Origin: the human T2T-CHM13v2.0 reference genome, Homo sapiens
Strand: one strand, 5' to 3'
Length of the DNA stretch: 64,000 nucleotides
NCBI RefSeq assembly: GCF_009914755.1
Contig: NC_060939.1
Shown here: piece by piece, positions 26,731-41,009 of the stretch
How positions within the stretch are numbered: position 1 is the stretch's first letter
Layout of the letters: each line of letters opens with the position of its first letter
Notes under the pieces: generated by a model
What the model was told of the DNA's origin: nothing
The model's input: the letters and a program-made list of their open reading frames with translations, nothing else
The model's database searches: none
Translations under genes and position numbers: made by a program

Positions 26731-29514
26731 TTCAGGTTTGACAAATGCTTGTTAAGCAGGTGGAATCTCATCTTGAAATTCTTCCTAGAAAAAAAATTTT
26801 TTTTTGCTGCTTCATCCCAACCATTGTTTCCAGGAAGGAAGCTCTGTTATCCTGAAGCTTATGTTTATTCACACTGCCTCACTCTTGCTCATGTCAGTCT
26901 GCATTCTAAAAAACATTCTGATACAGTTCAGTGCACCGAAAAGAATGTAAGCTTCAGAATCAGGCAAATCTGAGCTTGAGTCCATCTTTCCATATTTCTT
27001 AGCTGTGCAATCTTTGGAAAACTGTATATTCTTTGAGTTTCAGCTTCCTCATCTAATGAGAACAGAATGGGACAGCATTGGCAGAAGCCACAGAGGCCCT
27101 CAGATACAATGTAATAGTAGTCATCAACACAGGTCATTAGGTTCTCTTGCCTCTCCTTCTGTGTACCCATCCAAATTTACTCATCCTTAAGGTCTGACTC
27201 ACATTTTAGTTCCTCTACAAAGTCTCCCATTACTCTCTCTGCCAAATTATGAAGTCTTCAATTTTTAAGAATGCTTTCTGTAGAACTCACTTAGCGCTCA
27301 TACATAGCTTCATAAATTTAGTGAGTCCATTGGTATGTCCCCAACTAGAAGGGACAGGGGCATATCATCCACACATGGCATCCATCTCCTTCATTTATTA
27401 TAAGCTTTTAATCAGCAGCTAATGATGGGGAGTTGAATCTTTTGCAGATGAGTTTTGAATGTTAAAGTACATTTTTGAATCAGAATGTAGAGGAGTAAAA
27501 ACCAAAGTCTGCAATCACATTCCCTCTTCATTCACCTGGAGCAGGCTGAAAATCTGTCAGTGGCCTGTGGGTGGTACTGGTGACTAGATCTGAATTGTCA
27601 AGATAGAAGGTCACCATCCCAAGAGACAGGAGTGCTCAAAAAGCCATGGAATGGTCCTGATTCTTGTCAAACTGTGCAAAAGTGCTAAGAACATAAATTG
27701 GTGAGTACATTTGATAAGGTGAAGCAAAGTGGACGGGTCCTGCAGCTATAATTTCTTCTCCCTTGCAAGTCCGTCAGTCAAGTAGATTACTAGGAAACTA
27801 GGTTTCTATGGAATAGAAGCAGGGAAAGAGAGAGAAGGGAAGATATACCCAATCACACCTCTCTCAGTTGTATTTCTATTAGTATCCTCATTCTAAAATT
27901 ATTGACATGCCACATCTAATGACCAAGTCTGAAGCTTTCAGGCCAAAAGGTATCAAATGCCTAAAATGTCATTATTTTACTTCTGAGAAGCCACTAGCTC
28001 TTTTATTCTCATACACTTGCTTATCTTGAAGTGGTGAACCACATAAATAAATATATTTTGATATTTGATCTTTTAAAACTAGACACTTAGCAATATATCT
28101 TTAATATAGCATTTTTTTCTCATAGCTTCTTTCAAGATCTTTTTCTTTAAATTAAGAAAAACATAAACTATCCTATGTATCCCTTCCTGGTGGTGTCTAG
28201 AATATACTAGGAATAAATACATAGGTAGGAATTATGGGTTAGGCTGTGGGTTGAGATCTGCTTTTTAAAAAATTTTGAAATAAGAAATCCACTAAACAAT
28301 GCATGGAAGAATTTTTTTTGTTGTTACATTGTTCTCATGAATGAAAGTTTCATTGTTTGGCTTCAGCCAATTTTTTAAGAAACTTACAAATGATGATGAA
28401 GGCAAGCTTTTAAAAAACACCTTTGGTCATAAATATAAATAAGATTTTCATGCCAGAGAGTAATTGGTGCTTTGTTCATCATTTGAATAGCAAAGGAGGG
28501 AGGTTTGTTAGCTCTTTCTCATTTAATTCTATTGACCTGCCAAAATTTTACAGAACTTAGTAACATCCATTATTTCTTTTTTACATATAGTTATTGCTAT
28601 CCCTTTTATGAGATCTTACTTTGTGTCATCTCACGTTCTTCCTTCCTTTTCTTTATTTGCATGTCATAAAAATGCTGAATTTGTACAACTTTCAGGTAAT
28701 TATTTTTATGAGCTCACAGAAGGTTATCTTCAATGCTATCACAAAGCCTTCCAGTGGTCAATGAATCATGCAGATTATTTCATGATCCCTTGTCCAAGAT
28801 TGCTACAGAGGCATAGGTCTCTTCATGAAAACACTTTTAAAAATTGGGAGCAAAAGATATTCTTTTAACATTAGTTGTTCTTTTTTCCTAAATACAAGCA
28901 GTAACCATATTGCAAAATATTTGAAAAGTAGGAAAAAAGCACAAAGAATTAATTCCACCATCTCCATAAATGTTGTTAACATTTTAATTCATATCTTTCT
29001 ATTATATAAAATATATACACACATAAATGTACAGTTTGTACTCTGATTTATTCCAACTTGCATTAGAAAGGGAACGTTTTCTTTTGTCACCAAATAGTTT
29101 TCAAAATCATTTACCAATTATTTGTATAGTCATTGACTGAATAAACAGTCATTTAAAGTTCTATTGCCTTTTTAGACTATCTTGGATTTTACCTGAAAAC
29201 AAAATATCTATTTTTAAAATAGAAAGACATGATTTTGTGCAGTTTAATTTGGTCCGGTTATGCACATTCTCCCCTAATGCCTGAGTCACACATAATTAAG
29301 ACTCTCTGCTAAATTCAATGAGTTTAAAAAGTTTAATGAGCCTTTTCTCAAATAACAAAAGATAAGATTCAAATGAAAGAAAAACACCTTTATTCACGTG
29401 AGATGATAGTTACATGGTAACAGCAGCTGTCACTACACAGAGAGAGCCAAGAAGGGCCCTTGGTTCTGTAAAATCTGATTCACATGTGTGGACTGGAACT
29501 TCTGAATTCTAGAG

Positions 29515-29849
29515 CAAGAGTGAGCAAACTGGGACCGGAGAAGCAAATTCAGCCCATGGTTGCTTTGGTATCACCTGTGAGACATGAATGAATTTTACAC
29601 TTGGAAATGTTTGGTTAAAGAAAAAAAATCCTAAGAATATTATTTTGTGACACATGAAAATTATATGAAATTCATATTTCAAAGTTTTCTTAGAGCCCGA
29701 TCAACACTTATTTTTGTTTACAGATTGTCAATGGCTCCTTTGTCACACTAGAACAGCGGAGTTGAGTGGATGTGAAGAAAGTGGTATAGCCCACAAAGGA
29801 TAGAATATTTACCCTCTGGTCTTTTACAGAAAAAGTTTGCTGACCCCTG
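29515..29849 (+). mobile_element. MER58B (hAT-Charlie MITE)
   Basis: TIR-like ends CAAGAGTGAGCAAACT / AGTTTGCTGACCCCTG; internal GTGACACATGAAAATTATATGAAATTCA; strand nominal. Confidence 0.88.
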
Positions 29850-30025
29850 CTCTATGTAATGAGGTTCTGAGTAGGATAGCAATAGAAAAGTCTATGCTCA
29901 TTTTCTTTCAGCTCTCAATCCAAATCCCCTTCCTGTTTTCAGCAGGATTATTTGTGCCCATGAGGGAAACACGAAGGATTGTCAGTATTCATTTGCTATC
30001 AGAACTGCCTTTGAACTTCAGGGAA

Positions 30026-30037
30026 GCCGCCATCTTG
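30026..30037 (-). promoter_or_regulatory. Perfect YY1 consensus motif (CAAGATGGCGGC) in apparently unique DNA
   Basis: GCCGCCATCTTG on the + strand; CpG retained; TCF/LEF-like CTTTGAA just upstream. Motif only. Confidence 0.35.
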
Positions 30038-31073
30038 TTTTAGTTCACTCCTCTAAAGCACAGTGTCTGCAACATGAAACACTAGTAAGTTCTTTAAACT
30101 TCTTGTTATCTTGAGACAGGGCAAGACCTTTACCCAATTTATTTAGTTATGGAGGAGGAGGATGAAAGATTGGGTCCTAAGTGTTATTCAATGGCATGAC
30201 ATGGTTTTCCCTGGAAGGCAGCCAGAACTGATGCTTATGAGGTGTTTGTCTGATGAACTGTACCCCTGTGACACTAAGCAGAGCCTGGAGGAGGTGGCAG
30301 TCCATCTTTGTAACTCAGGTTTGATTTACAAATCAGAAGAATGTGCAGAGCCCATGGAAACCAGACCCACCCCTAAGACAGTCTAACAAGGAAATAATGA
30401 CCCCTGCTTATGAATAACCACTTGGAAGGTGGGATGATTTGGACTGTTGTTGAAGTACATTGTAACATTTTCATGAAAGCAAAATAGAGCCCAGGCAACT
30501 GCTGACTGCTTTAGTAACTGGAAGTCTGGAAAACAATTATTAGCCAGTTTTTGTGGGTTACAGAGAATCCATCTAATTAAAGGAAGCCGTGTAGTGAATG
30601 TATGGAAACTTCTAACACAGCTAACATAAACAGAAAAAAAAAGTTGGAAGGAAGAAAATACTGTGTCAAAATGTCTCCAGGATTAAATTCCAACTTCAGA
30701 AAAATAAGATGAACCCATATATTTGACAATGAAATTCTCTTATAACAGAATGTCATAATTTCAGAAAATTAGATTTACCATGAGCTATAATACTTCTTGC
30801 TATTCTACTCAACTTCAGTTTTACATCCTCTGTACAATTTCGTGAGACTCTAAGAACTGATTTTAATTTTGCTCAGAAAAATTCTATGTCTACAGAATTC
30901 TGTAGAGTGTTTGTCAGTGTTTATAAAAAGTAAAAATGTGGTCATCTGGGGTCAGTATAAAATATAATGCATGTACAAAAACATGATTGTCTTATTTGTG
31001 TTAATGCATTAATTTTAAGTAATGTTTTATTTTTTCCAATTAAAAAGCAATATGTTTATTAAAGAAAATTTTA

Positions 31074-31377
<304 letters not shown>

Positions 31378-31506
31378 AAAGAAAATTTTGAAAATAGGGA
31401 AATTGAATGAAACGAAAGTAACCTCCATAATCCCTCCACTCTAACACAACATTACTTGAGGATTTTTCTTTCAGTCTTTCGCTTTGATATTTTCTTCACA
31501 GTGTGA

Positions 31507-31971
<465 letters not shown>

Positions 31972-33004
31972 TGATATTAAGAAAAAAAAAATTAAATTCA
32001 AAACCAAAAACAAGTCACAAGGTAAGGAAAACTTTTGTCACTTTCTTTTATATCTCATGACTTCTTTTTTAGCCATCATTTTATGGCCTGGGAGAAGACC
32101 CAAATAAAAGGGAAGGCAGAAGGCTGGGTTGGGGGTGTGGGGGGAAGGAAAGAAAAGTTAAAAAAAAAAAAACCCAAGGAAAAAAAAAGCCAGAATTGAA
32201 AAGAAAATACATTTCAAAAATACATCTGGTCCTGCTGAGAGTAACAGCATTCGTGTAAACGTGTAGACAAGTCCCTAAGCTGATTTTTTTTTAAAGTCCA
32301 CGTCTTTGATATGTATTGCATTCATTCCATAGTACACACACTTGAAATTCAGTAAAGAAAAACAGATCGAGATCACAATTCATTTTTGAGAGTACAACAA
32401 GTCTTTTAACTTAATTTTGCATTTTGCTTTTCATTCCAATATTGGCAAATTAGATGTAGACAGAGGGCTGACACAAGACTGTTGTGGCCACTGGTGAGCA
32501 GTGAGAAAGATGTCTCCGTCAATGACTTCTTCCCAAGCCGGCTGATGGGTAGCACAGGAAGGCTGTGACCTGTCTCGGAAGCAGTCTAGCCCAGCACAAA
32601 AATCACAGGCTTTGAAGCCAAAAGGGAATATTTGTTTCTGATGCTTGACCCTCTCCAATTTGTTACAGTGTCCACAAGAAGTTTTTTCCTGGAAGTCTTT
32701 TTTTCAGAGAAATCTATGTACCACGGCTGTGTTCAAACATGATACAGAGACCCCAAATGCCACTTGCTTGCTGTCTTCCTGGGAACAGGATGAGGATGTA
32801 ATCTGAGCTTTTTAGGGTCTATCTCTACATTGCAACATCATAACACTGAAGTGTAGATTTATAGCTGCTTTATGTATATTTTCTTACTCCCAAAGCCCCC
32901 CTTTTTACAGATACATACACAACATGTCATGTAGAAAAATATAAATTGTTGACCGTACAGGCACTTTCTTCCTTTTTAAACCTTTCCAAAGGTCTTTTTG
33001 TTAA

Positions 33005-33310
33005 ATACACCCAGATGCCGTTTGACAGATGAGGGGCTAATTGCTCTGTGAATTACCTCTATCGATTCCTGTTTCATGTTGAGCCAAACAAACAAAAGAT
33101 ATTAATGCTTTGAAAAAAATGAATGATGACCTTTCTCTGCAAACACAGCTTGCGGTCTCTGATTATTGGTGATTCCAGAGAGCAGCGGTCAATCGCAATA
33201 GCTGTAACGCTATGATCACTATAATAAGCTTGCCTGACCTTCTCTGCCATGTTAAGTGGTTTAAATTTATTTGCCCAACAACAGAAGAGCTTTCACTTAA
33301 AGTCACAGAA
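33005..33310. promoter_or_regulatory. Candidate conserved enhancer
   Basis: Non-repetitive; 6 CpGs in 33016-33210; two CAGATG E-boxes, TGACAG, CTAATTG, AAACAAACA, two TGACCTT. Confidence 0.4.
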
Positions 33311-34429
33311 CATTCAATTCAATTTAAAGATGTAGTGTCTTCTTTCCTCTTCTTCCCCTTCCGTATCTTTCCCTACTTGATACACCTACATGTCAAATTT
33401 ACTAATTGTTTTATCATTCTAAATTAGCCTGATACCTGAAAAGCAAATTCCTTCAGTTCTTAAAGATTCCAATTGCCATTTTCTCTTTTGATTTGTTGTT
33501 TCTTGCTCTAAGACATTTGAAACACTTTGTTTTTTTCTCTGTTTAAGTTTTGTCCATGATTCAGGTTTAATGTGTGCTGCATAAAAAGTCAAGAATCCAT
33601 GAGCTGGGTAGTGCTAAGCACCCCCAGCTTGGGAACCAGGGGTATGGTTCCATTTTTGTCCTTAATTAATGGGACCTTGAACCAATATATATATTTTTTT
33701 CCTCAGAGCATTTCCTTCCAACTTGGTAAATGAGGGGAAAACTGCCAGGTGATCTACCTCAGAGCCTCTTTCCAACTGGAACATGCTTATGTTTCAGATC
33801 TCTCTATTTAAAGCATAGTTTCATATAGATGGCAGAGTTATAACTTGGCAGCTAAGATAAAGTGATGATAGGACCTTTAAGGACTTCCTAACTGTTTCTC
33901 AACGAAGTTTTATGATGGTGAAAATGTGCAAACCACAAATGACTAAAGCCTTAAATGGTTAGGAAGTGGATGCACCCCCACCCCCACCCATAGTTTAAAT
34001 GGAAATCTCTTGAAAAGGGTACCCCTGACACTCCCACCAATTTCCTGGTAAGAGGCACGCCAAAAATACCAAGGAAGTAGTTTCCCTTAGAATACTTTAG
34101 TTCCTGTGCTATAGGATCAAAGCAGGAAGTGAAGAGAAAAACACCACAAATAATCAAAAGACTTCCTGCCTTAGTTTGACATTCTCAAGCAGTTAGGTCT
34201 GAATTCACATAGGATGCTGGGTATCCCTAAGGTGACTTTTCTTAGACATTGTCTCTAGTTTCTACTTAAGACAGTGCCCAATAGTACTGCCAAGCCATCC
34301 CTTGACCATACTTGACTTGGCTATGTTAAGTACCATGTTGAGTTAAAAAAAAATGCAAAGCATGGTTCCTGCTTGTGTCAGGCGCCTTGCTGCGGCCTCA
34401 AAGCACCAGGCTGCTTCTCAGCACGAGGA

Positions 34430-34770
34430 TATTTGCAAATGTGATTGTGCTTTCTCTGCGAAGAATGCCCTTCTACTCTTTTTCTCTTCAAAATCCAATG
34501 TTAGTGCCTTCCTAATCCCTATTCACTCTTTAAAATTTCACGTGGCATTATCCCTCTTCCAGAATGCCTCTTATACCATCCTATTAAGGATTCACCATAG
34601 CACCCAAGGCACACTTTTATCTCAGCACTTTGCGCATCTATTTTATTTACTGCTCCATTTTTCTGTTTTCCCTGGAAATTTGCACTTTGTATCTCAGGCC
34701 TCTGCCACGGAACTTGGGGCTTAGGAAGTGTCCAACTGATGTTTGAAAATTAATAAATGAATGAAAGAAT
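34430..34770 (+). mobile_element. L2 3' end
   Basis: TTTGTATCTCAGGCCTCTGCCACGGAACTTGGGGCTTAGGAAGTG..AATAAATGAATGAA tail. Confidence 0.7.
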
Positions 34771-34774
34771 AAAT

Positions 34775-35195
34775 CTTATTGTGACTGCTATATAACAAAC
34801 CATTCCAAAAGGTAGTGGCTTTAGACAGCTAGGGTTTATGATCACTCATGCATCCGGAGATCAGTTAGGACATAGTTGATCATAGCTAAGCTTGGCTGGG
34901 ATGGCTCAGCTGATTCTGTTCTCTATGTTCTTCATCTTCCCCTTGGGACAAACAGTGCTGCCCAGGTATGTTCTCATGGCTAAGCATAAGCATAAGAAAG
35001 AAAGCAATACCATGCAATGCCTCTTAGGGCATGCTCTCATTTCTACCTTATTCTTTTGGCCACAGCAAGTCATATGGGTAACCCTAAGTCAGGGGATAAG
35101 CTCATATACTTATCTCCTTAAGTCACATGTGAAAATCACACATCATAGGCCATAGATACAAGGAGAGATAAAAAATTGGTCACAATAATAAAACC
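34775..35195 (-). mobile_element. MLT1G/H-like MaLR LTR
   Basis: TAACAAACCATTCCAAAAGGTAGTGGCTT..CCCAGGTATGTTCTCATGGC..TTGGCCACAGCAAGTCATATGG. Confidence 0.7.
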
Positions 35196-38100
35196 AAACC
35201 TATCAAAAAGAAAATGCTAACAACCATGTTAAGAACAGAAAATTTGAATACTAACAGAGCCATTTGACCAATCTCAAGTATTAACGACTCTATCTTCATG
35301 TCACCAACATATAACCCAGCCACTTTAATGGCACATGTGTCCCATAAATATTTACCAGATTGTGTTAGATCATAGGAAGTAAATAGAGAAATCACAATTG
35401 GACGCATCCTGGTAAATTTAATTTTATGCTTTTTAGAAAGAAAATACTCATGGCAGGCACATGCAAGTGTTATGGACACAAAATGAAAAGCTAAATGATA
35501 AATGTTTATCTTGTATGCATGAAGATACTTTGACTTCTGTTTACATATGTCACCGTGGAAGCTGGTTTAAAAACATTTAAGTCCCCCTAGTAGTTCCACA
35601 TCCAACGACTCCCTTTCTCCTGGACACCTTCTTATTTTCCTTATAACAAGTTTGGAGAAAGGTCAGGTAGGCATTGCTGGCAAGTCTTCTTTTCAGAGTT
35701 TCTGCTCAATCAGAGAGCTGATGTTCAATCTCCGAAGTCGAGGCGTTGATTTACCAGGAAGAACATAGTTAACTTAAAAGCAGAAAAAGCCCCGGTGGTA
35801 ATCAAGCCCTGTGAATTCCTGGCCCTCTTCCCCGGAGGCCCAGTGGGGCCCACTCAACGGGCCAACCCCACACCATGCATACTGGATTGGTGGTCCTCTT
35901 ATCATAGAAAATTCCGCCAGTGTGGCCAAAACATACAAAAGGAAGCACACAAGAAAAAATGTGAATATAATATGCAGGCCCTGGATTGAGTTTTATGAAA
36001 AGAAAAAAAAAAGAGGGGAATTTTTCTTAGTTCTTTTTCATAGTTCATAGGATAAGAAATAACAAGACAGATTGCTTATCAAATGTGAGTAGTTTTACTA
36101 TTTTTTGTGGCAAATTAGACACTAAAAGGGCAGGTTTAAAGTCTGTCCTAATTTTGCCTTATAATCAGATAATTTAAATTTGACTATAAATAGAATCATA
36201 CATTTTCCCACGATCTGCCTTTCATTTCACACAGAAAGAGTTGTATTATGTATTGAAAACATACAAATCCAGGCATTCTCAAAACTTCTTTCTTTTTTGA
36301 CTTTAGCTTGTGATAATACAGTATGGTATCGGAATCCTGCCCTATGGCTACAAAACATTAAATTTCTTGAGGCAAAAAGATGCTTGTCGTTCTCGTTTAA
36401 TCTACCAGAATTTCAGAATCTTGTACTTCCAATTTCAGAAGAAGTAAAAGATGAGAATGTGCTGTCCTCTCTTGCCTGGCCTGGCCCAGTCTCCCTGATT
36501 TGTTTCAATATACAGAGACTTCCCTATATAAGCCACCTCCAACTCCAGCATTTGCATTTTTCCACCTTTCTGCTTGTTTATAGTTCCCCTCCATTTTCTT
36601 CCAGGAAAAAGTGTGCAAACAACAAATGCATGTTCTGATCTTATTTGAGCAACAAAATCTTGACAGCGTTCTCACCACCATCAGGAAAAAATTCCTTCCA
36701 TGAACCTAACCCTAGAAAATGCAAAAATTATTGACAAATGTAATGCAGTGGTCAACTTCTTATCTGTAGCCTACAAAACATTAGACATTAGTTTGTTGAT
36801 GGGAATTAATACGGCCCAAAGTCCTCATTCATTCTTGACAGTTCTATCATATTACTCCATAAGATGCTAAGATATTAGTTGCTGGAGGTGGGGGCAGGGG
36901 AGAGAGAATTGATAGAGATGGGAAACTAAGCTGCTCTGCAAATATTCACAGCTGCAGCTTTCTGTAATCATGCTCCTCTTTCCAGTTTCCAGTGGACTTT
37001 GAAAAGACAAATTCATAAGAGTTATTTAGCCATAAAAGGGAATCAACTCCTAAGCCCGGCTTCCTGAAGACCTCAGAAACTGAATTACCACAGCACTCCC
37101 TAAGGTCCAGAACACAGATTTTTGTTCCCCTCCCACATCCCTATCCCAAAGAAAAGAGTTTTCCCACTAGCTAAAATAATTAAAAACATTCTCAGAATAG
37201 AACACAAAATGTTTCTGGTTTGAATACGAGCCTATTTTCAGGAAAAAAAAAATCAATGTATTGCATATTTACAGTTTGATATTACAACAGCAGTGAAACT
37301 ATCCGTTTGAGGACTTAATTGCATATAAAAATAAATAAATAAAATGTGCAAGGGTAGTGTGTTCTTTCTTGATGTTGTTCTGCCTACCTTTTTGATTTGT
37401 TAACTAACTTCAGGGGAGAATCCTTAAAAGGAGGAATACACCAGCCCATATAAAGTCGCTGGTTATCTCTGAACTGGAACTTAGTTTTTTAAATCCTGTC
37501 TAGGTAAATTACCTTTCCAGTGCAGGGTATTTCCTTTTAGGAGATTCCTCAGAAAGAGCCTCCAGGGAACTGACTAACTTTTTAATGGTTCACTCAGATT
37601 AAGAGGAAGGAAATGTGAACTCCTTTGGGGGCAGGAGGCACCACTCTAGGCTGTCTGCATCCTGTAATTCTTCCCAAGTCCGTGAATCATACTTTTAAGA
37701 CTCCTTTTCAAGGGCATTTGTCTTCCTTTAAGAGAAGGCCAAAGCAGAAAAGACGAGTTTTAAAATAGGTCTCAATCAAGCTTTAGCCATAACAACAATT
37801 GCATGATTCTCTCGCTGACTACCCAGGAAAGGTTGCACTGGATCCCTTACCTGCATGCCTCCCCTCACCTTGCACAATACTCTTCCCTTCTTTAGTTTCA
37901 GAATCAAAATGACATTTGATATCATCTCAGCATCTCTGAGCTACAATTCTGTACAACTCTTCCCTTTATAGCCAGCCGCTGACAGTGATTTCACTTATGC
38001 CAATGGCATTGGAAGAACTGAGCAGCGATATTTTTCAAAATCATCTTAGATAGAAATCTGGCTTTGAAAACAATGTCTTTACTTAATAAAATATCTACTA

Positions 38101-38363
38101 TGTAGACAATTACAGACTATTTTTATACCTTTTCCACAAAGGTATGAACATTTCTGAGAATAAATTTGTCAGTGAATAAAGTTTATCAGAGTTTGAAGCG
38201 TTTAGATCCTTGCAACTTCTGTAGAAGTATGAAGTCACAGGAGCACATTTCTAAAAGGCTGCTATGTTACAATACCAGTTACTCAACCAATAACTTGTAT
38301 TTATTGAGTATCCATTAAGTGGTGATTTCTATTATTTTCAAGCTCCTACAAAGAGTGGAAAAA

Positions 38364-38500
38364 GCCAGGCATGGTGGCTCACACCTGTAATCCCCACACT
38401 TTGGGAGGCTGAGGCAGGAGGATGGCTTGAACCCAGGGGTTCCAGACTAGCTTGAGCAACATGGCAAGACCCCTGTCTCTTATTAAAAAAAAAAAAAGAA
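38364..38500 (+). mobile_element. FLAM_C-like free left Alu monomer
   Basis: GGAGGATGGCTTGAACCCAGG..GAGCAACATGGCAAGACCCCTGTCTC-polyA; TSD AAAGAGTGGAA. Confidence 0.9.
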
Positions 38501-38559
38501 AAAAGAGTGGAACAACCCCGTCACAATGTGCAAAAGGACAAATGTATAATGAAATGGAA

Positions 38560-39096
38560 TATCCACAGAAAGTACGCCAAGAATGAACACTAACGTAAAC
38601 TGTGGACTTTGGGTGGTGATGATGTGTCACTGTAGGTTCGTCAGTTGTAGCAAAGGCACCTGTCTGGTGGAAGATGGAAGGAAGTCACTGCATGTGAGAA
38701 TGTGAGGGTATATGAGGCCCGGCATGGTGGCTCATGCCTGTCATCCCAGCACTTTGGGAGGCCGAGAAGGATAGATCACCTGAAGTCAGGAGTTTGAGAC
38801 CAGCCTGGCCAACATGGTGAAACCCTGTCTCTACTAAAAATACAAAAATTAGCTGGGTGTGGTGGTTCACACCTGTAATCCCAGCTACTCAGGCGGCTGA
38901 GGCAGGAGAATCACTTGAACCTGGGATGTGGAGGTTAGAGTAAGCTGAGATCATGCCAGTGCACTCCAGACTGGGTGACAGAGTGAGACCCTGTCTCAAA
39001 AAAAAAAAAAGGGGGTATATGGGGAATCTTTGTTCCTTCCTCTCAATTCTACTGTAAGACTAAAACTGCTCTAAAAGAATAAAGTCTTTAAAAAAG
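38560..39096 (+). mobile_element. L1MC 3' terminus split by an Alu
   Basis: GTAAACTGTGGACTTTGGGTGGTGATGATGTGTCA..GGGTATATGGGGAATCT..TAAAACTGCTCTAAAAGAATAAAGTC. Confidence 0.85.
38716..39010 (+). mobile_element. AluSx-like, full length
   Basis: Dimeric Alu; TSD-like GGGTATATG on both sides. Confidence 0.95.
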
Positions 39097-40229
39097 TATT
39101 CAAAGTGAATGGAATCACACAAGATGAATTTAGATTATATTTAAATTAACAGGATTCTTAGAGTTGGTTTGAACAGTTCAGTTGCAATTCCTTAATCTAA
39201 AAGTCTCTACACAACATTTATTTTTGACCTAAGTTGATTTCATTTGTAGCAAAATGTGACCCACACCTATGTGGACGATGCAGTCTTTATTTATCCCAGT
39301 TGGTGTGTATTCATATGTGTTGTTGCATACATATTAATGGATGCCACCCTAGGTTCCCTGATGATGGCAGATAGTATTTGGCTTTGTGGCCAAGATGTCT
39401 TCCAAAATCATAACGGTTCTGAATTACAGGACACATCTCATCCCAAGAGTTTTGGATATGAGATTGCAGACAAAAATACACTGAAAGAGAGAAAATAAGT
39501 AAGGAAGAAAATAATAGAAAACAGTTGCTTTCTGTTATACTTTCTCTGATTTCTTGAGAGCTCCTAGTCTTAGATTTCTATGCAGGTCCCCCTTATTATA
39601 ATTGTCCATTTTTTAATTGAAATTTGTTTTCAGTACTAAAGTGCAAAAAAAACCTAGAAATGTAATTGTGATTTCTACTTAGGTGGACCTCAAAGGTTTT
39701 GTATCGATGCCCGTAGTCTGCATTTTGTTTCTATAAGTCTATTTCAACAGAGTACTCAGAAATAGATCTTTCTTTCCTCTCATTCTGTGTAGAAATGTCA
39801 GAAATGTGAGGCTAAGGATTTAAAGCATAAATTAGGGATTTGTTGATGAAAAGAAAGAAAGGAGGAAAGGATTGAAAGAAAGAAGAAAGAAGGAAAGAAA
39901 GGATGGAAGGAAGGGAGAAAGGAAAAAGAGAAGAAAATAAGAGAAAGGAAAAACGAAACTTTAGCCTGTAGAATCTACATTAAAATGTTTCTCAGTGCTT
40001 AAGACATCTTGAAAGAAAAGATGTCAAAGGCAAATTCTAATATTCTAAAACTGCAATCCAATTGCATAAAAGCATAAATTTACATCTAAATCATTTGGAA
40101 GAAAATATTTACATATCCTATATTTTTGTTTAGAGCTGATCTCCATAAAATCTCTTATATTATACAGATCCATATTACAGAGATTATATATACAAATATT
40201 TTATTGCTTCTGTATGAAACCTGATTTGT

Positions 40230-40680
40230 TGGGGGATATAAACTATGGCCTTCTCAGGTATCACTGCTGCTTGATTGTTCTGAGTATTGGCTTTCTGACA
40301 GGGATTGGAATGAAGCCATTTTTATTAATTTAGTTATTTTTGCTGGTATCAAAGGCCGTCTATCATGTTAATGATGTATCGGTCTGCGGTCCCACCGAAC
40401 AATAATTACAGAATGTTCCTAATAGTAAATCATTTGTCACAATCACAGCTCGGTACAACAACCTTTTGTTGAGCAGGGGAAGACATTATCTGAATAGCAA
40501 TACACCTTTATGCGAACCGGTGAGAGGTCTTACACGGACCAGTCCGGCAAATACCTGGGAGTTCCACGTCTGAACTGTCCGTCCCCACATTGCAACTTGG
40601 GGATGTGCACTGTGATCTGCTGAATTTTCTCCAGTGTTAGGCTATCTAACACAATGAAAACAACACGTTTTGTCCAGGGA
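40230..40680. promoter_or_regulatory. Candidate conserved enhancer (Pbx-Hox/Meis, TCF, Sox motifs)
   Basis: ~12 CpGs in ~320 bp of unique DNA; GTAAATCA 40425-40432 next to TGTCA; ATCAAAG 40348-40354; AACAAT 40398-40403. Confidence 0.5.
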
Positions 40681-41009
40681 AGAACAGATAAGGTTTCACA
40701 AGAAACTGCTCTGAAAAAGAGAAGAAACCAAATGATCGAAAAAATGGAAAACATTAAAGGTTTTTACTTCCATTTCCCCCTTCAGCAAGAATTGGGGACA
40801 GAAAGGATATAATACTCAAAAAGAAAAATTGAGGTTAACAAAAAGGCATTGCTATCTAAATTACATGAAAGCTCCATCATCAGAATGACGTAACAGTCAA
40901 GTTCTTCTTTGTAAAGATTCACAGACTGCTTTCAGTTATTTTCGAGCACTATTTGTAAATCATAAGAGCCAATATTTTTGGAGTATTTGTATGTGCAGGG
41001 AAACTTTTC

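Noticed and set aside
30889-30906. Perfect 18-bp palindrome TCTACAGAATTCTGTAGA
   Set aside because: A 9-bp-arm palindrome has a chance expectation of roughly 0.2-0.3 per 64 kb; no supporting context
40530-40754. Minus-strand 74-aa ORF with a hydrophobic N-terminus over a CpG-retaining block
   Set aside because: The hydrophobicity comes from T-rich codons; no recognisable homology or promoter, and an enhancer reading is simpler. PhyloCSF or Ribo-seq could overturn this
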